From a virus, in the IMG/VR virus record IMGVR_UViG_3300009314_000007, positions 1 to 64,000 of that record: 64,000 nt of DNA; one strand, given 5' to 3'. The translations under genes and the position numbers were made by a program. Shown here piece by piece: positions 1 to 8,763 of the stretch. How positions within the stretch are numbered: the stretch's first letter is position 1; each line of letters starts with the position of its first letter. The notes below the pieces were generated by a model. It saw nothing but the letters and a program-made list of their open reading frames with translations, did no database searches and was not told the origin of the DNA.

Positions 1-345
1 GTCACGATTGCCGGGTCGGACCCCGAAGTCGAAGTCGGCACGACAGTTGACGCCACCCTTGGCACGGTCACAATTGCCGGACTCGCGGTTGTAGTCGAGT
101 CTACGATTGGCGCCACGACGGGCACTCTGGTGATCGCCGGGTTCGACGTGTCAATTGCGATTGATACGGACATCTCGGCCACACTCGGCACGGTCACAAT
201 TGCCGGATCGGACCCCGAAGTTGAAGTCGGTACAACAGTTTCGGCTACACTTGGCACAGTCACGATTGCCGGGTTCAGTTCCGAAGTTTTGGCAAACACC
301 GAGGTTTCGGCCGCGCTTGGCACAGTCGTGATCGCGGGGCTGGCA
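1..345 (+). repeat. Degenerate 60-66 bp coding repeats (ATLGTVTIAG unit, about 6 copies in window)
   Basis: gtcac(g/a)attgccgg recurs at 1, 67, 193, 259; related units near 127 and 325. Confidence 0.85.
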
Positions 346-1923
346 GCCACGGTGGAGCACCCCGTCGTGCTGCCAGAAAGTCTTGCAGCAATCGCGGTCA
401 ATCAGCCTACGGGTGGTGGTAGTGATTACCCACTGGTTCGCACCAACGCTATCAATGCGCTGCTTGCTGATATTTACTTAGCGTATGTGGACGATGACTA
501 TGACTACGAACTACCCTTCCAGATTCGCTGGATGTGTGGTTTCGGATCAAACCCTGTTGCTCCCCCGTTTGCGCCGGTTCACCTGTTCGACATGCTCATT
601 GAGGATGCCAGCGGGCGAGTTGTTTTCGATTCCCGCCTCGGTGACGCTCCTACGCATGAGTTCTGGAGTGCGGATCGGCTCATTATCCAGTGGCAGCATG
701 GGGACAACACCTTACGCGCGGTACGGTATCAGCTACAGATTGCCGACTTCGACACTTACTTTGAGCCAATCGACGCCGTGCTTGACAACCGGGTGGTGCA
801 GCAGGTGCCGTTGCGCGTTCGCTCACTGCGTCTGGATGTTGGGGGCGCGCACCAGGAGGACATTACACTTTCCGGCGGCTTCAACACGGATTTGGAGATC
901 CTCGACGCGACTCGGGTCGATGGTACTCGTTTCGAGACGGAGATACGGCTATCCGCTTCGCCTGGCGGGGGTGATGGTCGTTTTGGCCCCGCTTGTGGGG
1001 ACGAGACTTTGCGGAGCATTCGCTCGATTTCCGCAGTGCCACCGGATAGTCACGGCAACTGGAACCTCGACGCGGATGGCTGCTTTCGACTCGAACGACC
1101 GGTTTCCGCGGTGCTGAACTCCGGACCTCCTCGTGAGTTACGACTCACCGACCACACGCTTCAACTCTTTGGCGATTGCGGAATTCGCTGCGAGTGCGAG
1201 GATTTCATGGCCGTGTACGAGGGCATTCGCCGCATGCGGAACAGATACGCTGACATGATCGAGCGGACGCAAGTGGCTCGGGACCTGTTCCAGTCCATGG
1301 TGGAGCGCTTCGCGGCTCGCGCCGCTTGCACTCAGGGGGCCATTGTCCGGGCCTCCGTCGCCAAGATCGGCAGCGGCAGGCTGTCGTTCTCCGTTGGCTA
1401 CACGAACAACGGGCAGTACAATGGCTGTCTGCAAAATGTTGTGGTCCCGATCAGCTTCCAGTACCTGGACACGACCGGAAACATGGAACCGGGCAGTAAC
1501 CCGCCCGTGCCGCTGTCCGCGGTCACGACGTATGGCGGCGCTCCGGTTCTCGACACGGTTACCGTTGTCCGTGAGGGCAACTTCGTGGTCAGTCACGACG
1601 GTCGCACGGGGCAGCCAGCCGCGAGGCACACGTATCAGCTTGGAGGTGCGTGGCCGCATTACTACGTCGTGTTTGGAGCGGTGAGCGTCGGCCACACCGC
1701 GAGCGTGTTTTTCCGCCTGGACTTCCCCGGGGCCACGGCCACCGATGTTGTGGAGCTTATCGTTGACGCCTACCGGGACGGCAATGCGGAAGACGATGGA
1801 GGCGGCATTCCCATAGATGGTTACACTCCCGGCAGCGGCCCGACTGGGGCCGCGGCCCAGTTGACACAAGTCGCACCGGCCGGGCCGCAAAAGACCGTTA
1901 CGGCGATCCTTGGTGCTCCTTAG
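1..1923 (+). CDS. Putative virion/tail protein, 5'-truncated, with N-terminal TVTIAG repeats
   Basis: Frame is open from base 1 (VTIAGSDPEVEVGTTVDATLG...); shares YP and RSI..V.PD..GN motifs with downstream paralogues; structural role inferred from context. Confidence 0.6.
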   Translation, partial: VTIAGSDPEVEVGTTVDATLGTVTIAGLAVVVESTIGATTGTLVIAGFDVSIAIDTDISATLGTVTIAGSDPEVEVGTTVSATLGTVTIAGFSSEVLANTEVSAALGTVVIAGLAATVEHPVVLPESLAAIAVNQPTGGGSDYPLVRTNAINALLADIYLAYVDDDYDYELPFQIRWMCGFGSNPVAPPFAPVHLFDMLIEDASGRVVFDSRLGDAPTHEFWSADRLIIQWQHGDNTLRAVRYQLQIADFDTYFEPIDAVLDNRVVQQVPLRVRSLRLDVGGAHQEDITLSGGFNTDLEILDATRVDGTRFETEIRLSASPGGGDGRFGPACGDETLRSIRSISAVPPDSHGNWNLDADGCFRLERPVSAVLNSGPPRELRLTDHTLQLFGDCGIRCECEDFMAVYEGIRRMRNRYADMIERTQVARDLFQSMVERFAARAACTQGAIVRASVAKIGSGRLSFSVGYTNNGQYNGCLQNVVVPISFQYLDTTGNMEPGSNPPVPLSAVTTYGGAPVLDTVTVVREGNFVVSHDGRTGQPAARHTYQLGGAWPHYYVVFGAVSVGHTASVFFRLDFPGATATDVVELIVDAYRDGNAEDDGGGIPIDGYTPGSGPTGAAAQLTQVAPAGPQKTVTAILGAP

Positions 1924-1934
1924 CAATAACGATA

Positions 1935-4196
1935 ATGGCAACTCGCAATCAAGACTGGTACGACTTGAACACCGGGAGATCCTACCCGGTCGCGGACGAC
2001 GCTACGCTCATCGACAGTGCCGGGGAGCGACTGCCCAGTCACATCATTTGCGATCTGCACATACTCTTCCCGGAGTTAGCCGGGGAGTATGCGTACCTGG
2101 GCGCCGTCACCGTGAGCGACAACCTGGTGTCCGTGATCGTCATGGCTTCCCCGGGAGTCGCGGGCGGGTCTACCGTGGCCCTGGCCTCCGTGAATCTCGT
2201 CAAGCCTGTCACGAAGTATCGACACTACCCCCTCGAAGCCCTCTATCCTGGCGCTGGTGGCTGGATCGTGTTTGGCGAGGGCATCGACGAGGATTATCAG
2301 GGCCGTTTTAGCCGGGCCTCGCAAAGCCGCCTGGTGGAGAAGGTCGCCCGCAAGTACCCCGAGTTTCCGATCCCGAATGTCGGTAAGGCAGGCAACAACT
2401 CGCCGCTCACCGGCTTGGTGTTACTGGAGGCCGGGAGCGACATGGAGATTGTCAGCGAGTGCCGCGAGGTCCCGGCGTACCCCGTGCCGTCGCACAGCCC
2501 GTACTACTGCGGTAACGACGAGCTGGGCACGCAGGTGCGGGATGTGATCGTGTTCCGACTGAAGTCCAACGCCACGGAGGAAGAGAACGTCTTCGACAAG
2601 TACAAGGGCCTATGCGGGGGCCGCCCGGAATCACTGTCGTGCGGCGATCCGCAGCCCGTTCAGTTCTTGGGGCCGGTCGCCCCGGATTGCTGTGGCAATA
2701 TCATCTTGGAGTTGCAGGGCTGCATGCTTGTCTCGCGGGTCACGCGAGAGGACGCGGACGTGGCCTGCGGCGTGGTCGTGGACTGCGATCTCGAAATGGA
2801 CGAGGCTTGTGTCGATGCCAAGTATCTTCCCGGGGACGACGGTAGGCTGCCTACCGAGTACGACGATCTATGCGCAAGCGTCTCGGAGGTCTCGGAGTCA
2901 CCTGAGAGTGACTCCGTCTGGTTGTCTGATTCGTTTCGATACACAGGTGCAACTTCCAATCTCGCCGGACGGGTTCTTGATGGCTACGGCTACCCGTTTG
3001 GTGAGGCGGGTGGCGGGGACCTATGGGACAGCAGCGTCCCTGCGAACTATCAGCAACACGCGAATGACTATGTGGAGGTCACAGGCGGCGGTGCGGGCGT
3101 TCCGGCCCTGGTGGACTTCGACATCCCCAGCGCCTCGGTGGTCGTTTCGATGGTGTTCCAGACGCAACTCTTCCAGAATACGTACATCGGTACCCCTATT
3201 GCGCTGGATAACAGCAACTTCTTGAAAGGCACGGTCACACGGCTGACGGCTGGCGTAGACGTGCTGCAACTCTGGAAAATGACCGCGGGGGTCTGGGCGC
3301 AAGTGGGCGGCGATACGCCACTGCCCGAAGAATTGGATGTCACCAACAGCAAGACCTACAGGATCACCACGTTCTACGACGCGACCAACGCGAGGATTCG
3401 TTTCTACGAGGTGGTGGCGGGGCAGGCTGACCGGCTTATCGAGACCAAGGACTCCGTTCACGGTGTAGATCTCACCACCTATAACAAGGTGGGCATCTAC
3501 GGCTGGACTGCCGGGGCCCTGCTTATCCTGCGGGTACACAGTTTCTACGCCGGGGAGCACGAAGCGGCGCTCGACGCTCAGCCCATTGCCGCCGATCCTA
3601 CTCTTCCCAAATCACCGGTGGTAGTTGGCGACTGGGCTATCCAGCAAGGACAGTTCACCTGGCTCGCAGGAGTCTTCACTTCTGAGTCCTTGGCGATGAC
3701 CAACCTGGCCACCTTCGAGCCCGCTGTACCTCCGGTTGGCACGATTGGGCGCTTTGCCGAAACCGAGTTCCAGATCCTGGAGGGTGATGCCGGTGATCAA
3801 CACCATGGGGGCGTGGTGATAAACTATCGTGAGACTTTCGTGGGTTCCGGCGTTTACCAGTTCTGGTTGGTGGATATTGACTGGGATGGAATCTTCACAG
3901 GATTCAAGTCGTTTCGCGTGGCTCGCTTCAGTGGGTATCAATGGGTTACCGAACAAGCTGTTGCCGTCCCGGGCCTGGCGCTGGACAATAGGTACCGCAT
4001 CACGGCCTCGGTGGAACAGAGCGACGACGGTGCTGTCTGGCTTACCGGGCAGCTCGAAGGTATCGACGGCCCGGCGCTCGACATTTCCATTGGCCCCGTG
4101 CGGCTCACTGACTACTTACCCGACGACGAGCTTTTTGGGATCATTGCCCAGCAATCCGCGACGGAATTTCAAACCTTTGTAGTGGACAACCTCTAA
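1935..4196 (+). CDS. Putative tail/baseplate-associated protein, beta-rich lectin-like C-terminal half
   Basis: 753 aa ORF; N-terminal WYDLNTGRSYP motif, Cys-rich middle, beta-strand-rich C-terminus. Confidence 0.55.
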   Translation: MATRNQDWYDLNTGRSYPVADDATLIDSAGERLPSHIICDLHILFPELAGEYAYLGAVTVSDNLVSVIVMASPGVAGGSTVALASVNLVKPVTKYRHYPLEALYPGAGGWIVFGEGIDEDYQGRFSRASQSRLVEKVARKYPEFPIPNVGKAGNNSPLTGLVLLEAGSDMEIVSECREVPAYPVPSHSPYYCGNDELGTQVRDVIVFRLKSNATEEENVFDKYKGLCGGRPESLSCGDPQPVQFLGPVAPDCCGNIILELQGCMLVSRVTREDADVACGVVVDCDLEMDEACVDAKYLPGDDGRLPTEYDDLCASVSEVSESPESDSVWLSDSFRYTGATSNLAGRVLDGYGYPFGEAGGGDLWDSSVPANYQQHANDYVEVTGGGAGVPALVDFDIPSASVVVSMVFQTQLFQNTYIGTPIALDNSNFLKGTVTRLTAGVDVLQLWKMTAGVWAQVGGDTPLPEELDVTNSKTYRITTFYDATNARIRFYEVVAGQADRLIETKDSVHGVDLTTYNKVGIYGWTAGALLILRVHSFYAGEHEAALDAQPIAADPTLPKSPVVVGDWAIQQGQFTWLAGVFTSESLAMTNLATFEPAVPPVGTIGRFAETEFQILEGDAGDQHHGGVVINYRETFVGSGVYQFWLVDIDWDGIFTGFKSFRVARFSGYQWVTEQAVAVPGLALDNRYRITASVEQSDDGAVWLTGQLEGIDGPALDISIGPVRLTDYLPDDELFGIIAQQSATEFQTFVVDNL

Positions 4197-4210
4197 CCGA
4201 AGGACAGACC

Positions 4211-5194
4211 ATGGCCGATCAACAACAACCCGCCGACATGCTTGACACGCTTCCCATCGGGGGCACCACGGAGCCTCGCCGCAAAACGAAGATCGTGAAA
4301 AAGAAGGTCAAGAAGAAGGTCAAGAAGAAGGTCAAGAAGCGGCCAGCGCCGGAACCCGCGGCAGAGCTGCCGACCGTTCCCGATGTCCTGGCCATGCCTG
4401 GCACTTCGGACGAACCTGCCGAGCCCTCGGACTGGGACGATCTCGCCAGTGACGAGACCGATGCCGACGAGAGCGATTACTTGCCGGAGGTGCCCGCTTT
4501 CCAGGAACACGAGGAGCAGGCCGAGTCGGGCCTGATCAACGAGGACACGAAGGCGGAACTTGCGGCCTTGGCGGGAAAGCCGGACGAGGAGGATCAACTG
4601 CATCTCCTCCGGCAGGGCCCGGATTCGGACGCGGATCAGTCGCCAGCCATCTTACCCACCCCGACAGGTGGGGAGTCGCTAGAGGCCCCAGAATCGTCCG
4701 TGGAGGCCTCGCAGCCCCGGGAGGGTCAGACGCTGCCCAACGCCTTGGAGACGATTCCTGGCACTCAGACGGAGCCAGTCGCCGCCATGGCGGTTGCTAC
4801 GCCCACGGAACCCGAGAAAGGCGTGGATCTGAAGTGGGATGAGTTCCTTATGAGTCTGTCTGATCAGACAAGGGTGGCAGTTTGGGAGCTTGGGGCAACC
4901 TCCGTTACCTGGTTCTCCACCAAGTCGCGAGGAGACCTGACACCCCCCAAGGGCAAGCTAACCAGCGGGCAGCTCTTGGAGATCGAGGGCTGGCTCAATA
5001 AGCATGGCATTTTCCTGGCCGAGAAGTCCGCGGTCAGTTCTGTGCTAGGAGGGCGAGGCAGCCGAGAAGGTACAATTCGACGTGGAGGTGTTCGCGTGTG
5101 CAGACAACCGCCCCGCGTGGTGCAGCAGTCCGGGCCGCAAACCGCGGGACAGAAACGCAATGCGAGGAGTGCTCGCCGTCGCTTCACGATGTGA
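4211..5194 (+). CDS. Hypothetical protein, acidic/disordered with (KKKV)n patch
   Basis: 327 aa ORF with aagga RBS; 12-bp tandem repeat at about 4301-4339. Confidence 0.75.
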   Translation: MADQQQPADMLDTLPIGGTTEPRRKTKIVKKKVKKKVKKKVKKRPAPEPAAELPTVPDVLAMPGTSDEPAEPSDWDDLASDETDADESDYLPEVPAFQEHEEQAESGLINEDTKAELAALAGKPDEEDQLHLLRQGPDSDADQSPAILPTPTGGESLEAPESSVEASQPREGQTLPNALETIPGTQTEPVAAMAVATPTEPEKGVDLKWDEFLMSLSDQTRVAVWELGATSVTWFSTKSRGDLTPPKGKLTSGQLLEIEGWLNKHGIFLAEKSAVSSVLGGRGSREGTIRRGGVRVCRQPPRVVQQSGPQTAGQKRNARSARRRFTM

Positions 5195-5255
5195 CGCATA
5201 TACTGCATGAAACGACTCCCAGTATCAAAGCGAACCGCAGAGTATATATACTCCA

Positions 5256-6080
5256 ATGAATCGACGTGTTTTACATCCCGAATGGCAGGAGTCGCACGAG
5301 CCGACGAGGTACCCCTTCGCCGATACGGCAACGCTGACTAACGGCTCCCAGTTCATCCCGGAGAACACGTTCCTCGACGCGGTTCTACATCCGATTGGTG
5401 GGCGCGAGCGATTGTATCTAACCAAGCTGACGCTCACGCATGAGAGCTGCACGATCTACATTGGGGATGCCGGGGACAAGGAACGGGCATCCGCTTCGTT
5501 TGAGTTGCTCGACCCGCCAGACGAGTTGTTGGTGGCGGATGCGTACGGCCGCCCGGCGGGGTTGCTGGTGTCGGAGGCCGCGCGGTTGGCTGTTTTCCAG
5601 TCGTGGCCTGTAGGCTCGCATGAGTTCGCGGTAACGCAGACCGAGTTCGTGGCAACCGTGTGCGTACCGACTCCCGAGGTGGGCTTTCGGGGCTTCGTAC
5701 TGGAGGATGGCAGTGTGTTCTCGGAAGACATCTGGATTGTGGCCGAGGATGGACTGGTGCTCACGCCGGAGTTCAATCCAACCACGGGTCCTGGCTGTGT
5801 CACAAGTCCCGCGGTGGAGCAGACGCCGCAGCTCCACGTGGTAGGCGACCCACTGTTTCGTCGCAGACTTTGTGCCGGACTCTTCGAGGCCCCCAGGTTC
5901 TTGCAGACGATCACTGTGCGAAATCGCGGGAATAGTTTCGTTTGTACTCCGAACGCGCAGGGGGATTTTAAGATCACCACTGGACACCAGGATGCGACTT
6001 CACCGGTACTAAGGATTCGCACTACCCCAGAGGGCCTGCTTATCGAAGCAGCGGGCAAGAAGTTGGAAGATGCGCAATAG
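5256..6080 (+). CDS. Putative virion protein (W..RYPF paralogue family)
   Basis: N-terminal WQESHEPTRYPF motif resembling ORFs at 1935 and 6093. Confidence 0.6.
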   Translation: MNRRVLHPEWQESHEPTRYPFADTATLTNGSQFIPENTFLDAVLHPIGGRERLYLTKLTLTHESCTIYIGDAGDKERASASFELLDPPDELLVADAYGRPAGLLVSEAARLAVFQSWPVGSHEFAVTQTEFVATVCVPTPEVGFRGFVLEDGSVFSEDIWIVAEDGLVLTPEFNPTTGPGCVTSPAVEQTPQLHVVGDPLFRRRLCAGLFEAPRFLQTITVRNRGNSFVCTPNAQGDFKITTGHQDATSPVLRIRTTPEGLLIEAAGKKLEDAQ

Positions 6081-6092
6081 GAGCGATCAACG

Positions 6093-7052
6093 ATGGCGAG
6101 ACCAGGATGGTACAACGACAACGCCAACCGTTACTACCCGTTTCTTGTCGGGCAAGGCGACGGCTTCGTTGCCAAAAACGTTATTGTAGACTGCGGCTTC
6201 ATTATGGGGCCCGGCTCAGGCTACGTCGCGGGTACGCATAGCGTGTGGTTGGGGGAGATCGCTCTTGATGGCGGCGATTTCTTGTTCTACTTCCACTCGG
6301 ACGCTCCGGGGCTGGTGGGTCACCCATTGGTGTTTACTCGGAGTCCATCCGACGGCGCTTATACGCACGAGCACGCCGACAACGAGGCCGGAGGAGGCAG
6401 TATCAGTGAGAGTTCAAGTGCTTCTTGCGAAGCAATACTGTGGTCCGGTTACCTGGTGACTGGCGACTTGTTGGGGCTCTCCGTTGGCAGCGCGCGGGCA
6501 ATCGTCGAACCTGCCAATGTTCGTAGCCTGGTGAATCATTACGCTCACTCCATCAATCTGGCCAATGGGGATCGAACTCGCTTCAGCGTGCCTGATGGTT
6601 GCAATCCTCAGTGTCACACTGTCCCGCCTCAGGATGTTTGGGTTCGGCAAGCGTGTCTACAAGGCCCGTTTCGATTCCAGGAGGGCAGTAACCTGGCGAT
6701 TCGCCACGACGGGGCTCGCAACGCCTTGATTTTCGACGCCGTCGTGGGTGGCGGTTCGGGAGAACCGTGCGAGCAGATCGTGGCTTACGCGGGGGAGGTG
6801 CCACCCGAGGGCGCGGTGACACTGGATGGAGCCCCGGGATGCGACGAAGTGTTTCGATCCGTTAATGGCAAGGCGGGGCCGAATATCAACGTTATTGGCG
6901 GCGACGGGGTGCGAGTGACGGCAGACCCGGCCAGTCACAAGCTGGTCGTGAACGTAGACATGAATACGCTCGCGGTGTGCTCGGGTTCGGACGATGACTT
7001 CGACTACCCGTCGATGTCTCTGAGCACCGCATGCGCTTGCGGCGAGGTATAA
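6093..7052 (+). CDS. Putative virion protein (W..RYPF paralogue family)
   Basis: WYNDNANRYYPF N-terminus; FRSVNG motif; ggag RBS. Confidence 0.6.
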   Translation: MARPGWYNDNANRYYPFLVGQGDGFVAKNVIVDCGFIMGPGSGYVAGTHSVWLGEIALDGGDFLFYFHSDAPGLVGHPLVFTRSPSDGAYTHEHADNEAGGGSISESSSASCEAILWSGYLVTGDLLGLSVGSARAIVEPANVRSLVNHYAHSINLANGDRTRFSVPDGCNPQCHTVPPQDVWVRQACLQGPFRFQEGSNLAIRHDGARNALIFDAVVGGGSGEPCEQIVAYAGEVPPEGAVTLDGAPGCDEVFRSVNGKAGPNINVIGGDGVRVTADPASHKLVVNVDMNTLAVCSGSDDDFDYPSMSLSTACACGEV

Positions 7053-7058
7053 CCAGGG

Positions 7059-7616
7059 ATGGCTAAGAAAAACGATGGACGAGTATTCGACCCCGAACGG
7101 TGTACGCTGCCGTTCGTAGAGCCAATCCCCGCGATTCCGGATATTGAGGACTGTAGCCTTCCGGATGTTCCGGTTCCGATTATCGAAGGGCCGCGACTGC
7201 CATCTCCGATTCCAGGTCCGCCCGGGCCACCTGGAATTCAAGGACCTATTGGACCCGTGGGGCCCGCGGGACCGCCAGGGGAGGGCTTGGCTGGCGGGCA
7301 GTGTCCGGAGATCTCCGCGACGGCTACAATAGACTGCGGCGAGGTGAGCGTGGATGTGGATACCCTCGCTCCCTGCGTTTACCAGTTCAATTTCGCCATA
7401 CAGGCCTGTCAGGGTCCGCCGGGCTCGCAAGGTCCGCCAGGCCCGCCCGGAGCTTGTCAATGTCCGCAAGGGCATTGGGTTACAGTAGTGACCGACATTC
7501 GCGTGGACGGATACAGCATCCAAATCAAGAATCGAAGTATCAAGGTTCTCGACAAGGAGGATGAGAGCGACTGGATCACCATCCACACCGGTACTCAGTG
7601 CCAAGCACAGGCGTAG
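7059..7616 (+). CDS. Collagen-like (Gly-X-Y) protein, putative fibre
   Basis: GPPGPPGIQGPIGPVGPAGPPG and GPPGSQGPPGPPG segments separated by Cys-containing linkers. Confidence 0.8.
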   Translation: MAKKNDGRVFDPERCTLPFVEPIPAIPDIEDCSLPDVPVPIIEGPRLPSPIPGPPGPPGIQGPIGPVGPAGPPGEGLAGGQCPEISATATIDCGEVSVDVDTLAPCVYQFNFAIQACQGPPGSQGPPGPPGACQCPQGHWVTVVTDIRVDGYSIQIKNRSIKVLDKEDESDWITIHTGTQCQAQA

Positions 7617-7624
7617 GGGGTGCC

Positions 7625-8059
7625 ATGGGAATTCAGTTTTGGAGCGGAAAGATTCTGTTCGAGGATGGGCAGATCGCCATGGACCCTGATTGCTGCTGCG
7701 ATGAGGGTCCATGTTGTGAGAAAAGGGGTCAAGACTTAAAGCTCTCGATCACGAATTCCGACTGCCCGAATTATGGTAACGGCGATTACACCATGTTCTG
7801 GAACGCCAGCACGCAGTGCTGGCATGGTGGTCCTATATGTAGCGGAGAAGCGGACGAGACCTTCCTATGCTGTACCGGTGGCGGTGGGGGGACTTGGACA
7901 TTGAATGACGAGGATGGTTGTTTTTCGGAAGAGCCCGATTCTGTGAGTTGTGACCCGTTTTCTTTGTCAGGTAGTGTGTCATGGCCACCGGGGCCGCCGG
8001 GAGCGGATTGTTGTGGTTGTCAAGGAAAGTCATTCGATTGGGAAGTAACCGACTTATAG
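7625..8059 (+). CDS. Small cysteine-rich protein
   Basis: DCCCDEGPCC ... CCGC; start placed at ATG 7625. Confidence 0.7.
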   Translation: MGIQFWSGKILFEDGQIAMDPDCCCDEGPCCEKRGQDLKLSITNSDCPNYGNGDYTMFWNASTQCWHGGPICSGEADETFLCCTGGGGGTWTLNDEDGCFSEEPDSVSCDPFSLSGSVSWPPGPPGADCCGCQGKSFDWEVTDL

Positions 8060-8061
8060 AG

Positions 8062-8763
8062 TTGCCCACGGAGGCAGTTCGATTACCTGTGGTTTTCATT
8101 ACTGGGCCTCGTCACAGTGGCACGGCGGCCATCGGTCGTTTTCTGGCCAGGGTGACGGGAAGAGCGTACGTGGGCGAAGCTACATTCGGCGCGACCGATT
8201 ACGAACGGATGCAGCAGCGGGCGAGGCGAAAGGCTCCGTGCGTAGTGCAAGCTCCGGCCTTGGCCCCGCGGATATTGGAGCTGCCGGACAATTGGCTGAT
8301 CGTGATGGTGCGAAGGCCTTTGGAGGCGATTCTTCGCTCTGTCGAGGACGTGAATATGCCTAGCAGGTCGGGGGACCTCACTAAGCAGTACCGCGAACTA
8401 TTTCCGCATTGCGACTGCTCCGCGGATGCTTCGGACGCCGAGATGATCTATCAGATCTGGGAGGAAGAGCAAGAACCGTTGCTGAGTTACCCTTTCGAGG
8501 TGTCATACGAGGCGGCAGTTGCTCATCCCGGGATTGTTCTCGACGATCACCGGGCAGAGCGCGCTGCCAGGCGGGTTGCGGTAGCTCCGGTGGTGTCCAG
8601 CGCGGAGGCTCGCAAGTGCGAACCATGTAGCTGCTCCGAGCCCGGATATTGCGATAGGCACAAACGACAAAAAACTCCACACTTGTGGAAGCTATGTCAG
8701 ACAAGACCCGAATATCGAGCACTATGGGATAAACAATGCCTCGACCCAGCAAGTTCGTCATAG
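8062..8763 (+). CDS. Sulfotransferase-like P-loop protein with C-terminal Cys/His domain
   Basis: VFITGPRHSGT matches the PAPS-binding loop of sulfotransferases; IVMVRRP and VSYE motifs; start codon uncertain. Confidence 0.6.
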   Translation: MPTEAVRLPVVFITGPRHSGTAAIGRFLARVTGRAYVGEATFGATDYERMQQRARRKAPCVVQAPALAPRILELPDNWLIVMVRRPLEAILRSVEDVNMPSRSGDLTKQYRELFPHCDCSADASDAEMIYQIWEEEQEPLLSYPFEVSYEAAVAHPGIVLDDHRAERAARRVAVAPVVSSAEARKCEPCSCSEPGYCDRHKRQKTPHLWKLCQTRPEYRALWDKQCLDPASSS

